NCBI GenBank assembly: GCA_964016885.1
Contig: OZ024760.1
Location: 13,330,001 to 13,394,000 of the forward strand
Direction: 5' to 3'
Origin: Eledone cirrhosa
Taxonomy: Eukaryota
DNA length: 64,000 bases
In this document: positions 12,017 through 23,508 of the stretch, one piece after another
How positions within the stretch are numbered: position 1 is the first letter of the stretch
How the letters are laid out: each line of letters starts with the position of its first letter
Notes under the pieces: generated by a model
The model's input: the letters and a program-made list of their open reading frames with translations, nothing else
What the model was told of the DNA's origin: nothing
Database searches by the model: none
Made by a program: the position numbers and the translations under genes

Positions 12017-13524
12017 ATATATATATATATATATACATGCATATATATACATACATGCATATATGAGTGTGTGTGTGATATGAAAGAAACGGTTAAGATT
12101 TTTAATGTATGGTAAACTTAAATAATATATTTACAAACACGGAATAAGATTGATAGAAAAATGGACAAAACTGTGAACAGGAATCGAACCAGGTTTGGTA
12201 ATACCAGGCAGAGTTTTATTCATTCGGAAGAATAACTAAATAAAACAACTACAACATATATCGACCACATATATTGATTATATATATTACACTGGTTAAT
12301 TATTGTTGCTATCTTATCGATACTTGAACAATGGTACTTGGTGATAAACCCTGGGTAGCGACAGAGAAATTCTCATTTAATTTATACATATATATACACA
12401 CACACTCACACACAAATATATATATATACATATAAATATATACATATGTATACATGCATGCATACATTTACATATATATACATGAGAGTAATTATTTATA
12501 TTGTAACGTAAATAAATTTTAAAATTGGAATATACCCCCCCCTCCCTTAGTCTCATTAATTTTAATAATTTGTTATAAGAACAGATCATTAATTAGTTTT
12601 ATAATGAACACAATTATAAAGAAACAGTTTGTTGTTTTGTGTGGGATATGAGAAAAGTCCACACACTATGGTTGTTTTCAACATCTAATTTATCTAACTA
12701 CCTCACTTCTATTTTTATCAAATATAAACATCTTATTACTATTAGTATTAGTATTATTTGTAATAATTCCAAAAAATATTACCGTTAGTATAATATTTAA
12801 AAAAAAGATAGAGGGGTTCTTAAAACAACAGCAATGTCAGAAGAAAATCTCCAGGAACAATACAATTTACAAAGCAGAAATCGTTGGAGGGAAATTATAG
12901 CGGAGTTAGGTGCTTTGTGTGGCAATTATAGGATGGGGGAGGAGGAGGTGGTGATTCTGTGGTAAATATTTATATTTATATATATACATATATATAATCA
13001 AATTAATATATATATAGAGAGAGAGAAAGAGAGAGTCTCTCTATATATCTATCTACTAATTTGAATTATTATAGTTCTGTAGAAAACGTCCATCATAGAG
13101 ATTTTCTTTTGAGAAACAGAAATATCAAAATAATTGATGTTTTGATACGTTAAATGTGTATATATTGTTCAGTTGTGATAAAATAAAGGGAATAACAATA
13201 ACACGCTTGGTGCTTTATATAACAAAAGGAAATGACATCACTTAATAACACACGAGAGAGAAAGATAGAAAGAAAGAGAGGTAGAAGACAGGAAAGAAAT
13301 CTTGTACAAACCATCTTAACTTTCCATAACATTATGGCTGCTGATCTACAACTTACGATTTACGGCAAATGTCGGCAAATTTACCATTCAGAAATTTGCT
13401 ATTATTAAAATGCGATTACCGATTGTGTTGTTATATCTGTTTACCTTTTACATATATATATATATATATACATACATATAATGTATGTGTGTGTATATAT
13501 ATGTATATAATGTTTGTGTGTGTA

Positions 13525-13562
<38 letters not shown>

Positions 13563-14561
13563 TTGTGTGTATATATATATGTGTATGTGTTTATATATAC
13601 ACACACACCTATATATATAGAGAGAGAGAGACTATTTTTAAAGAACGATACAGTAATTGATGCGTAGCATAGAAAAAAAACTCAATATAAATCGGTCGTT
13701 CCACTTTGTGGTAACCACCCTTCAACAGCCTGCGTAATTGTATCACAAGAGAGCCTGTTGGTTAGTCGTTAATATGCTAGAAATAACAGCCAATTCTTTC
13801 TGTAATCCCTCCCTCCTTTTACACTCTTTTAAGTAAATTACAAGTTGGGTAATGTAGTCTGAGATATATTAGGTCTGGCATGGGGGTCCTGTACGTGATC
13901 ACTCGACTTGCTAGAAATAGTAACCAAATAAGAATGACACGTTAGATAATTTCGATTGTCGGTATAATAAAGTACCAGTAATGCAATGGGGTCGTTTTAA
14001 TCGACTTTGCCCCTCTCCTAAAATTGTTGGCATTATGCCTAATTCTTGATGTCAGCCCTTGTGGCCAATAAAGAAATCATTATGCCTAAATCAGAAACCA
14101 TTATAATTATTATTATTTTATAAATAAAAAACATTATTAGTGCTGGGGTGTTGACTTAATAAAATCTGTAGAGCATCGAAACAAATTCTTTGCGGTATTT
14201 GTTCTGGTTTTTGCGTTCTGTGTTCAAATCCCACAGGTCTTTCATCTTTCCGAGATCGTTAACATAAAGTAAAACCTACATTTAACTGTTTTCAGTATTT
14301 TTTCTTATTATATTTTCACCGAGATATTTCCACTATTTTAAATAAATCACTCCCATTTAAAGGTATATGAATAAAATGAGACTTTTCCTAGGATTCTTCT
14401 CTGTATATTTAATTATTGTTCAACAACAATTAACATCTCTTCAGTTGATGACGACGCAGAAATTCAGGTTTTCGGGTACATTCTTAATTCTACAAAAATT
14501 CAGTTGATTACCTCCATTAGGCCGTGCTGGTTGATATCCCAATCATAATACACACTGTGTA

Positions 14562-14603
<42 letters not shown>

Positions 14604-14815
14604 AGCAGCGATCCTTTGCTTAAACTTTAATCTGTTATTTTAATAAATATATATAATATATATATATATAAGAATTAAAATACTAGAGTGCGTTGGAGTT
14701 AAACACAGACTTTTGATGTATTGAAAGCCTCTTTGTTTATTTTTTATAATTTTATATATATATGTGTGTATTGAAGTTTCCGTTGAAAATAGAAAAAGTC
14801 ATAGGAGTGAAGATT

Positions 14816-15421
<606 letters not shown>

Positions 15422-15424
15422 ATG

Positions 15425-15786
15425 CAAAAGTTCTATTTAAATTGTTGGGATACAACAAGCAAATATATTTATAACTGATATAAAGCACTCAACAAGTATT
15501 TGGAGTAAATATACGATATTAACAAATGGAAACTATATTTATAAAACCATATTTATTTTATTATACATATTTCAAGGACACCACGTTAAACTATGGTGTG
15601 CTTTCATCAGACAAAATACAATACAGTTCAGTTTTATAAATAAATATTGACATACCCTTAAAAAATGCAACCATTACTGTTGGAAGCTCCCGGATAGTGG
15701 ACTTGTTTACTTACATTATTATTAGTATTACTAATAATAATATAAGTAAACAACTCCACTATCCGGGAGCTTCCAACAGTAATGGT
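15425..15786 (-). mobile_element. Penelope-like element, family A copy 2, with a hammerhead core and a fold-back 5' end
   Basis: Minus-strand CTGATGA at 15610-15604 and GAAA at 15573-15570. The element runs into a palindrome with 58-bp arms at 15670-15786. Confidence 0.7.
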
Positions 15787-15787
15787 C

Positions 15788-15823
<36 letters not shown>

Positions 15824-16155
15824 TAATTTCAATTTTATGTCGGTACAAATTTACAGTAGAATAACATTGTAAATATGTTTTAAATATATACATAAATAAC
15901 GTTACAAGTGGGTATGGCCTCCCTGCTCCCTCCCAGTTCGATCGCCCCTGATATATATATATATACACATATGTGTACATACATGCATAAACACACACAC
16001 ATATATTCATGTCGGGGCCCGACGGCTGAGCTCTTGCCGTTTCAACAGTTCAGGTGACGCTTGACTTGAAGGGCCATCTGATGGCTGGCAGGAAGATCGG
16101 TCACCTAGGGATGTGAACATCTTCCTTCGAAGTCACCTGCACCTGGTGGAGTATC

Positions 16156-16351
16156 CAGACCTGCCAGCATCTAAAAGCCCAAACGGCGTGTACCATGAAA
16201 TAAAGTGCCTCAAAACGGGCAGAAATGAGGCAAAACGTGGGAGATTTTACATAATGAAAGCTATACCCATTTTCCCAAGAGAAGACATTTCTCACCCACC
16301 CCAAAGTGGGTGGGAGATCTCCCCGTCGGACGGGGAGAGTTGACAGGTCTG
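16156..16351 (+). mobile_element. 196-bp MITE (non-autonomous DNA transposon), probably hAT-type
   Basis: TIRs CAGACCTGCCAGC ... GTTGACAGGTCTG; apparent 6-bp target duplication AGTATC/ATTATC; second copy at 3544-3724. Confidence 0.8.
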
Positions 16352-16693
16352 ATTATCGATGGAACGTCTATAATGGAAGTATCCAAGTGCTCTGTGGGTC
16401 GACTGGATAGCTGGCAGGAGGTTCGGCGACCTAAGGATGTGAACATCTTCCTTCAAAGACACCTGCACATAATGGAATATCAATCGCACGTCTATGACGG
16501 AAGCCGCCAACTCCTCTGTGACGTAACTAACATTCACAAACAACCAACTAGCTTTTTTTTTAAATCATTACAAAGATCGCCAAGCCGATCTTTGCCAGGA
16601 CAGAAACTAAAGAGTTCCAATTCATCATCGAATTATCTCCCTTAGTCTGGTATTTGCCGTTATCTTCTGAAGTAACTCTGCTAACTCATTAAG

Positions 16694-19600
16694 ATGGCGA
16701 CTGGTCCGTTATTTGGTAGTTCTGGAGGTCGATCTCAGAACAAGAATTTAGTGGAATTTCGGGCTGGCCGAATGACACTAAAAGATAAAATGGTTTATCC
16801 GGACAAAAGAAAGGGCATGATATACATTTACCAGTCGGATGATTCCCTCATGCATTTCTGCTGGAAAGACAGGAGTTTAGGGCAAGTCGAGGATGTAAGT
16901 AGTATGTGATCTATAAATATATATATATATATTATATATATTATATATATATATTGTAATATATTATGTTTTGTTTTAATGTATTATTTATTATATAAAA
17001 AGACTATATTTATTTCGTTTCCTGGTCAGACAGTGAAAATGATAAACATTCGACACGACGAGAATCTTTGTCCCATTAATCACTAAATGACTGATATCTT
17101 GTGTATATATATGTGTGTGTATAATATGTTTGAGTGTGTAGAAAAAACAACTTGTTTTCGACATATGCGCACATACATATATATATATATGTATATGTGT
17201 GTGCGTTAAATTCTGTATGAAACAGCTGAAGTGTAAGATATATATCTGTTCATTTACAATAAAGAGGTACCCGAGACTGCGTAAATACGTATATATATAT
17301 ATATATACGTATTATATAAACATAGACTATATATATATACATTATATATATATATACGTGTGTGTGTGTATTACAGCTCTGTCGATTGATAGTAAATCGA
17401 TCAAAGTTTCAATTCATAGATTTATCTATTTTTTTCATATGATTGTAGGATTTTATTTCAAATTAAAAAAAAAAAAAGGTTTTTATTTTCAATGTTGGCA
17501 CATCTAAAATATTATAAGTGAATTTGACAAATTGATTTATAATAATCAATACTTTTAAATACGAAAAACCCTGGAGCTCTTGCCCTTTACCTTCCTTTTC
17601 CGTTTCCTGAACAACAAAAGACACTTGTATCTTTTATATAAAAATATATATACCTGAAACGAAAATACATCTTGTGATTCACTAGAATTATTACCTGTAC
17701 ACAGATCAATATTAAAAGGTGTGATCCGTCCTGTCGATATTAAACACAATTTCTGCACCGTCATCATAGTTTCCACATCAATAACGAATGGCTACAGAAC
17801 TAACAGCGCCTCTCTGGGGAGGAATATGGCTTTTTTAATTGATTTAAATGAATATAAACTGAAAAATGTCTAATATATATTTAATATTTACAAAACTGCA
17901 AATGCATTTCCGCGTACAATGGTCAGCGACACCCGCTGCAACAGCATGGGCTCCTTCCTCAGACGGGGCTGCTAACGTTCCGATCTTGAGGAGCTCGGCG
18001 GTAACAGGGGTTTGTGGCCGAAGTGACTAATTTGGAGGTAGAGAACGTGTCACATGTGGCATCCCACATGAGGGATATATCTCCTTTGAATGGGAAGAGG
18101 GTAATTCCATTTACGGAAATTGCAGAATTTCTGAGATAAAACGAAAGAACGCCGAACGTAGCTCGACATCTTTTTTTCGTTTAGGAATCAAATCTTGTAT
18201 TTCTCTGGCAAGGAATTTACTACTACTACATATATCATTACCACCACCACTACTACTACCTATACCATTACCACCACTACTACTACCTATACCATTACCA
18301 CCACCACCACTACTACCTATACCATTACCACCACCACTACTACATATACCATTACCACCACTACATATACCATTACCACCACCACCACCACTACATATAC
18401 CATTACCATCACTACTACTACATATACCATTACCACCACCACCACCACTACTACTACATATACCATTACCACTACTACTACATATATCATTACCACTACT
18501 ACTTTACAGAGTGTACTGGTGTGTTTTGTTATCAACTTAAGTGTAATCGGTAGAGCATCGGACATGCTTTGCAGCATGCAGTTACATCCCTTTACATTCT
18601 GAGTTCTAATCCCACCGAGATTAGCTGTCTTTCATCCTTACATGGATAATAAAGCAAAGTACCAGTAACACACTGGGGTCGATTTAATCAACTTTCTCCT
18701 CCACTTTCCTTCGAATTGTTGACCGTGTGTCTTAAATCAGAAACTATTATTATTAACTTAATTATATGAGTTTTTTCTTCCACTCTCCCAGGATTTAATT
18801 ATATTCCCTGATGACATAGAGTTTAAAAAGATTACCCAGTGTACCAGTGGCAGAGCCTATGTACTCAAGTTCAAGTCACCAGTCCGCAAGTTTTTCTTTT
18901 GGATGCAGGTAATTTTCTCTTTTCTATTTGCTTCTTAACTCTTTCCTAAACACATCATCATTTTTATGTCTGCTTTTCCCTGCTTGCAAGGGTGGGACAG
19001 GTCCTTTTCAGCATCTCTCCATTTGTTACGATCCTTGTCATCTCCTCTGTGAGTTTCATTTTTGAAAATAATTAAGAATTTGGAGGAATCGAGTGATTTA
19101 ACTTTCGTGTTAGTGTTAAGGGGTGGAGTGGGAGAAAAACAATGTATGAGCAAGACATGGTTACCTGACTAGAGATGCCACAGTAGGTGACAACCTGCCT
19201 AAATAGACATTAAACAGTGATGATATACATTTTAGAATAAATAGTTTTGTATGAGAGAACCACAGACTGTTTTGTACCTCTAACATAGAAGGAATTCTAA
19301 ACAACCTTTTCTTTTTTGTGTAGGAACCGAAAAGTGAAAAAGATGATGAATACTGCCAAAAGGTGAATGATTATCTCAATAAACCACCCTGTCCTGACCA
19401 TTCTACCTCAGGTAAGATATTACATTATTATTGTGGCACTACCACTTTACAGAGTGTACTGGGTGTATTTTGCCGTGACAACAATAGCAGATTGAATGAA
19501 TTTATGACATGTTTTTGTTGTAATTCTAGGAGAATCAGGAATACACAACCTTCTGAATAACATGACCCAGCAACAGTTGATGGAGCTGTTTGGTAAGTCT

Positions 19601-22600
19601 TCTTTCTCACGTCTTTCAAGTTTCTCATGTCAGGTGATGGTTTATCATATATGTCGAGTTGGAGAATTGTGCCCAAATATACCCTGTTTAAAGGGTTAAT
19701 GAAGTGTGTTGTTACTTTGCAGGCGGTATTGGAATGTCACCCCAAAACAGTCTGAATCTCTCAACCCTCCTCAGTGGACCTGTCAACCCAGGTTCTGACA
19801 CGTAAGTTGACACAAGAATATATTTAAGTTTTGTTACTAACACAATGAGGTGTTGGATTGGTGTGATCGTAGTTGTGAGGTCGATGGTGGAGTTGTTAGT
19901 TGGGACTGGGGTTGATTTTTCCTTTATATCCTCTTTCTCACTTACACTCTCATTCTCTGGAAGTTCTATTTAGACCCAGAGAGAGGGAATCTCCACCATG
20001 TTTAAAATGTCAAAGACTTGCTATGTCACTAGTGCACCTGATGCCAAGAGTTACAAGTCCATATATACATACATAAATACATGCATATATATGTACATAC
20101 ATATATATACATTTTCTATAACTTTGGAGTGGGATATTTTTGTATTTTGTAAATTTTATGGATTTTAAATTTTATTTTTGTTCTATTTTGTTAGCACGAG
20201 GTCCCAGACATCGCAAGGAAATCGATTTGAAGCTATGTCTTCAAGTTCCATAACTGTAGCAGCACCCACTGCTGCACTGCCCTCGCAGGCCACTGAGACA
20301 ACGGCTGCTGGGAAGAGCAGCAGTGCCACTAGCAGTGGTTCTACCCCTGCCTGTGCCTCTGTTCCAATTTGCAGTAGTGGGAACTCCTCCTGTTCCTCTT
20401 CCTCTTCATCATCATCATCGGCAGTAGTGGCGGGAGCAGCAGCTAAGAGTGGAGAGACTCCCAGGCAACAGATTCAATTGTGTGATTTGCAGAGCATACT
20501 GTCCAATATGCAAGGTGAGATGTCATGTTACCCTACCAATACCACCTCCACTTTGTCCTTCCTCACACCACCACCACCACATTCTACTCTTCCACTGCCT
20601 CCACACATTGCTACCTTCCTCACACTACCACTACCCTTCCACCACATTGCTATCTTCCCACCAAAATGACGAGGTTTACAGTAAGAGAGACAAATATAAA
20701 AAAAAAAAATCTCTTCCATGGGTAATTTTTCACTCTTGGTAATAGAAAGTAGTCGTCAACCTTTGTATACATCAGCTGAGATGGAACTGTTGGCAAAGTA
20801 TGTGAATTTAGCTATTGCCTTCAGCTTCTAATATAAGTAATTCTAATAATGTTAATGGTATTTACGACATATTGTAGCCTGCCTTATGATGAGCCACAGC
20901 CTATGTAGCTCACACTATGATGAGCCACATCCTATGAGGTCTTCCATTTGCTGCCCACATCCTGCAACTGCCCTTCAGACAACCATTTACCTACTGAACT
21001 TAACATGGTTGTGATATAACCCCCACACACACAACTTTGGAAATTAACCATCTCTAAGCATTTAAATGTCAAAGATACTGTCATCCGTTAGAAATGAAAG
21101 GGTTAACATATATCAGTGAATAAACATGTATGTTAAAAGTTACAGGCCACAGTATTGCACTTAGTTTAGATCATAGGTCATAGGTTGTGTCTTGTGTGTC
21201 TATATCTTCTAACCAAGGGAATTACTAAAATAAAACAGTTCTAAGTGAATCAACATTTCCAGACTGACAGGAGATGGTCGGCATCGTTTTGAAGCCAATA
21301 ATCCAAAATGTAGCAAATCCATATTTATTTTATGTATTAACAAACCCAGGCAAGGTCGGGTACTACTCTTAGTATTCAACAATTTAATAGATTTCATTTA
21401 ATTTTTCAGTTCCAGTCGACAAAGTTCAAGACAGTAAGTATTTTTCTTTTTTTTTTATACTGTTTTTCTTCGGACAGTGTTTATGAGACTGGTTTGAAGG
21501 AGGAAGGAAGATATCGTCAAGCTACCTTGTCTGAATGTCTACAAGAGTGAAAGTTTTTGTGGTCATTTTAAAATTAATCTAATTATTTTTCATTAAAATC
21601 TATTTTTAAGGTATTGAACTTTCTCAAGTTTTAAAACCAGATGACATTATCCCAATTTTGGCAAACTCTGAAATACAGCAGCACCTCTTGCCCTACCTTC
21701 CGGAGGGTGAAATGCTGCCACGTACTGAAGAGGAACTCCGCAATACAGTTCAGTCACCACAATTCCAGCAGGTAAATTAGACATTTCTAGACAAGTTCTT
21801 CCTTTACATTCACTCTGTTATGTTTTAGTTGTGTCAAGGACCTGGCAGCCTCCCCCTAGTGGTGATCTACACAATAAAAGCACCCAGTACATTCTGTAAA
21901 GTGGTTGGTGTTAGGAAGGGTATCCAACTAGATAGCTTGTCAAAAGACACTTCTCTGCACTTGATATGGCCATATGTAAGCAGGATACAGAACCCTTGGC
22001 TTGTCTGGGAGGGCAGTGGCCCTACTGACTAGGGCCACTGCCCTCCCAGCAGGGAAACTGGGTGTTAAATGATGATGACACTAACAAGAGCCTTAATAAA
22101 ATGAATATTAAAACTCTTTGGTATCAAGTCCTTTTCTGTCAACCACATATTGCTATATATATATCCCCCTATGTATTCCTTCTTTCTACTCTTATATTTT
22201 TTACCCTGCACTCTTTATAGGCCCAGTCTCCCACAACCTTATATCCCTTCCATTTCAGGCCCTTCAGTCATTCAGTGCAGCACTAAGGTCGCGTGAACTT
22301 GGACCCTTAATGACACAGTTTGGTCTGGGAGACGATGTTGCTAATGCAGCCGCAGAAGGAGGTAGGTGCTTTTTGTTGTAACATTATCCATGTACATCAC
22401 ATGTCCATACCAGAGGGGTCAGTGTAAGGAAGCTGCAGTAATGGGAAACCAAGATAAACCTGAGCAGAGGTACTCTTAGCTGGTCTTACACTCTGTGGTT
22501 TAGTGTGTCCATGTTTTAACTTAGCATTTACTATTATATTTTCACAGGAAACACTTTATCTCACATGATATTGAATCTGAGAATAATACATTAATATCAG

Positions 22601-22780
22601 TATGAGCAGGACACTAAGTAACTGGTTAATATGATCGACTCACTCCCCCTTTCAGGCGGTGCCCAAGCACAGCTGCTGTCTGACTAAATGGCACTAATTT
22701 CCCTTTTCTCTTCTTTCCCAGATCTGGAAGCATTCGTAAAGGCTCTGCAAGAAGCCCAGAAAAAGAAGGAAGACAAATAG
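16694..22780 (+). CDS. ADRM1: Proteasomal ubiquitin receptor ADRM1/Rpn13, 10 exons, 404 aa
   Basis: Exons 16694-16894, 18792-18908, 19324-19411, 19530-19592, 19723-19801, 20195-20514, 21410-21433, 21611-21771, 22259-22361 and 22722-22780; all GT-AG and phase-consistent (1215 nt). N-terminal Pru domain (LVEFRAGRM...PDKRKG...[13 protein letters not shown]...[10 protein letters not shown]...FFWMQEPK), a Ser/Ala-rich linker, and a DEUBAD domain (LLPYLPEG...SPQFQQAL..FSAAL...[10 protein letters not shown]...[10 protein letters not shown]). Confidence 0.96.
17888..18112 (-). mobile_element. Internally deleted CRE-clade non-LTR retrotransposon relic (restriction-like endonuclease region) in ADRM1 intron 1
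   Basis: The minus strand reads [35 protein letters not shown] and [17 protein letters not shown], matching the CRE RLE motifs (R)PDG..L.PW..G..L.WD.TC.DT and QR.S...RGN. Confidence 0.75.
18217..18502. repeat. (ACC/ACT)n-derived minisatellite
   Basis: Repeats of TATACCATTACCACCACCACTACTAC. Confidence 0.9.
21255..21373 (+). mobile_element. Helitron/Helentron-like terminus in ADRM1 intron 6
   Basis: Ends with the GC-rich hairpin ACCCAGGCAAGGTCGGGT followed by ...CTTAGT, resembling non-autonomous Helitron/Helentron ends. Confidence 0.4.
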
Positions 22781-22836
22781 AACATAGACTTAGTGGATGT
22801 ATTTTTTTTTTTTCTTCTATTCCTTGTTCTTTGTGT

Positions 22837-22850
22837 TTTATTGGAATAAA
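22837..22850. terminator. Back-to-back polyadenylation signals for EXTL3 (minus) and ADRM1 (plus)
   Basis: TTTATT (22837-22842), GG, AATAAA (22845-22850). Each is the first canonical AATAAA after the respective stop codon. Confidence 0.6.
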
Positions 22851-23508
22851 CATTTCACTGGTAATGGCTCCAAATTAGAAATAAAGAAATAAATAAATAT
22901 TATGTGTGTCTTCTGTATTTTAATATACATACATAACATACACACTCACACATACATACATATATATATAGAGATATATATATATATTCACACATTTATA
23001 TATATATAAGCGTTAAGGTGAGTGGTTGTGTGTGTTGTGTAGAACTCTTCAAAAGAAATCTCTACACAAGATATCACAGATAGCTCTACCGAGTTTTGAT
23101 GTTAGGCTCAGATTTTTTGATTTGAAGATTTTGAAGTATTTCTCTTTTTCAATTATTGCTAAGATTGTTTTACAAGAAAACAAACAAAATAAAAATTACA
23201 AAAAAAAAAAAAAAATGTACAGGTAGCTGAATAACCACGAGATGAAATTTTAGTTATTTGGTCAAAATGAGGCCTCATTGCCACCATTATTAGTTATTTG
23301 AAATATTTTTATAAACCAGTGATAAATTATGTTTTGACAAAGAATTTTTCTATGTACAATGATGAGCTTTGAGATGGCACAAATCGTAGCATCGAGTTAC
23401 GTTTAGCTGTAAGCGGTGAGGGTAAAGATGAAATAGTTGAGCATTTTTCGGGGATCTCTTTTCTTTTTCTGTATTTTTCTTTTAAATTGATCAGATGCAA
23501 CGATTGTT

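Noticed and set aside
16078-16525. Duplicated peptide (DGWQEDRSPRDVNIFL.../DSWQEVRRPKDVNIFL...) as a coding exon
   Set aside because: Substitutions are spread evenly over codon positions, there is a frameshift between the units, and a MITE interrupts unit 1.
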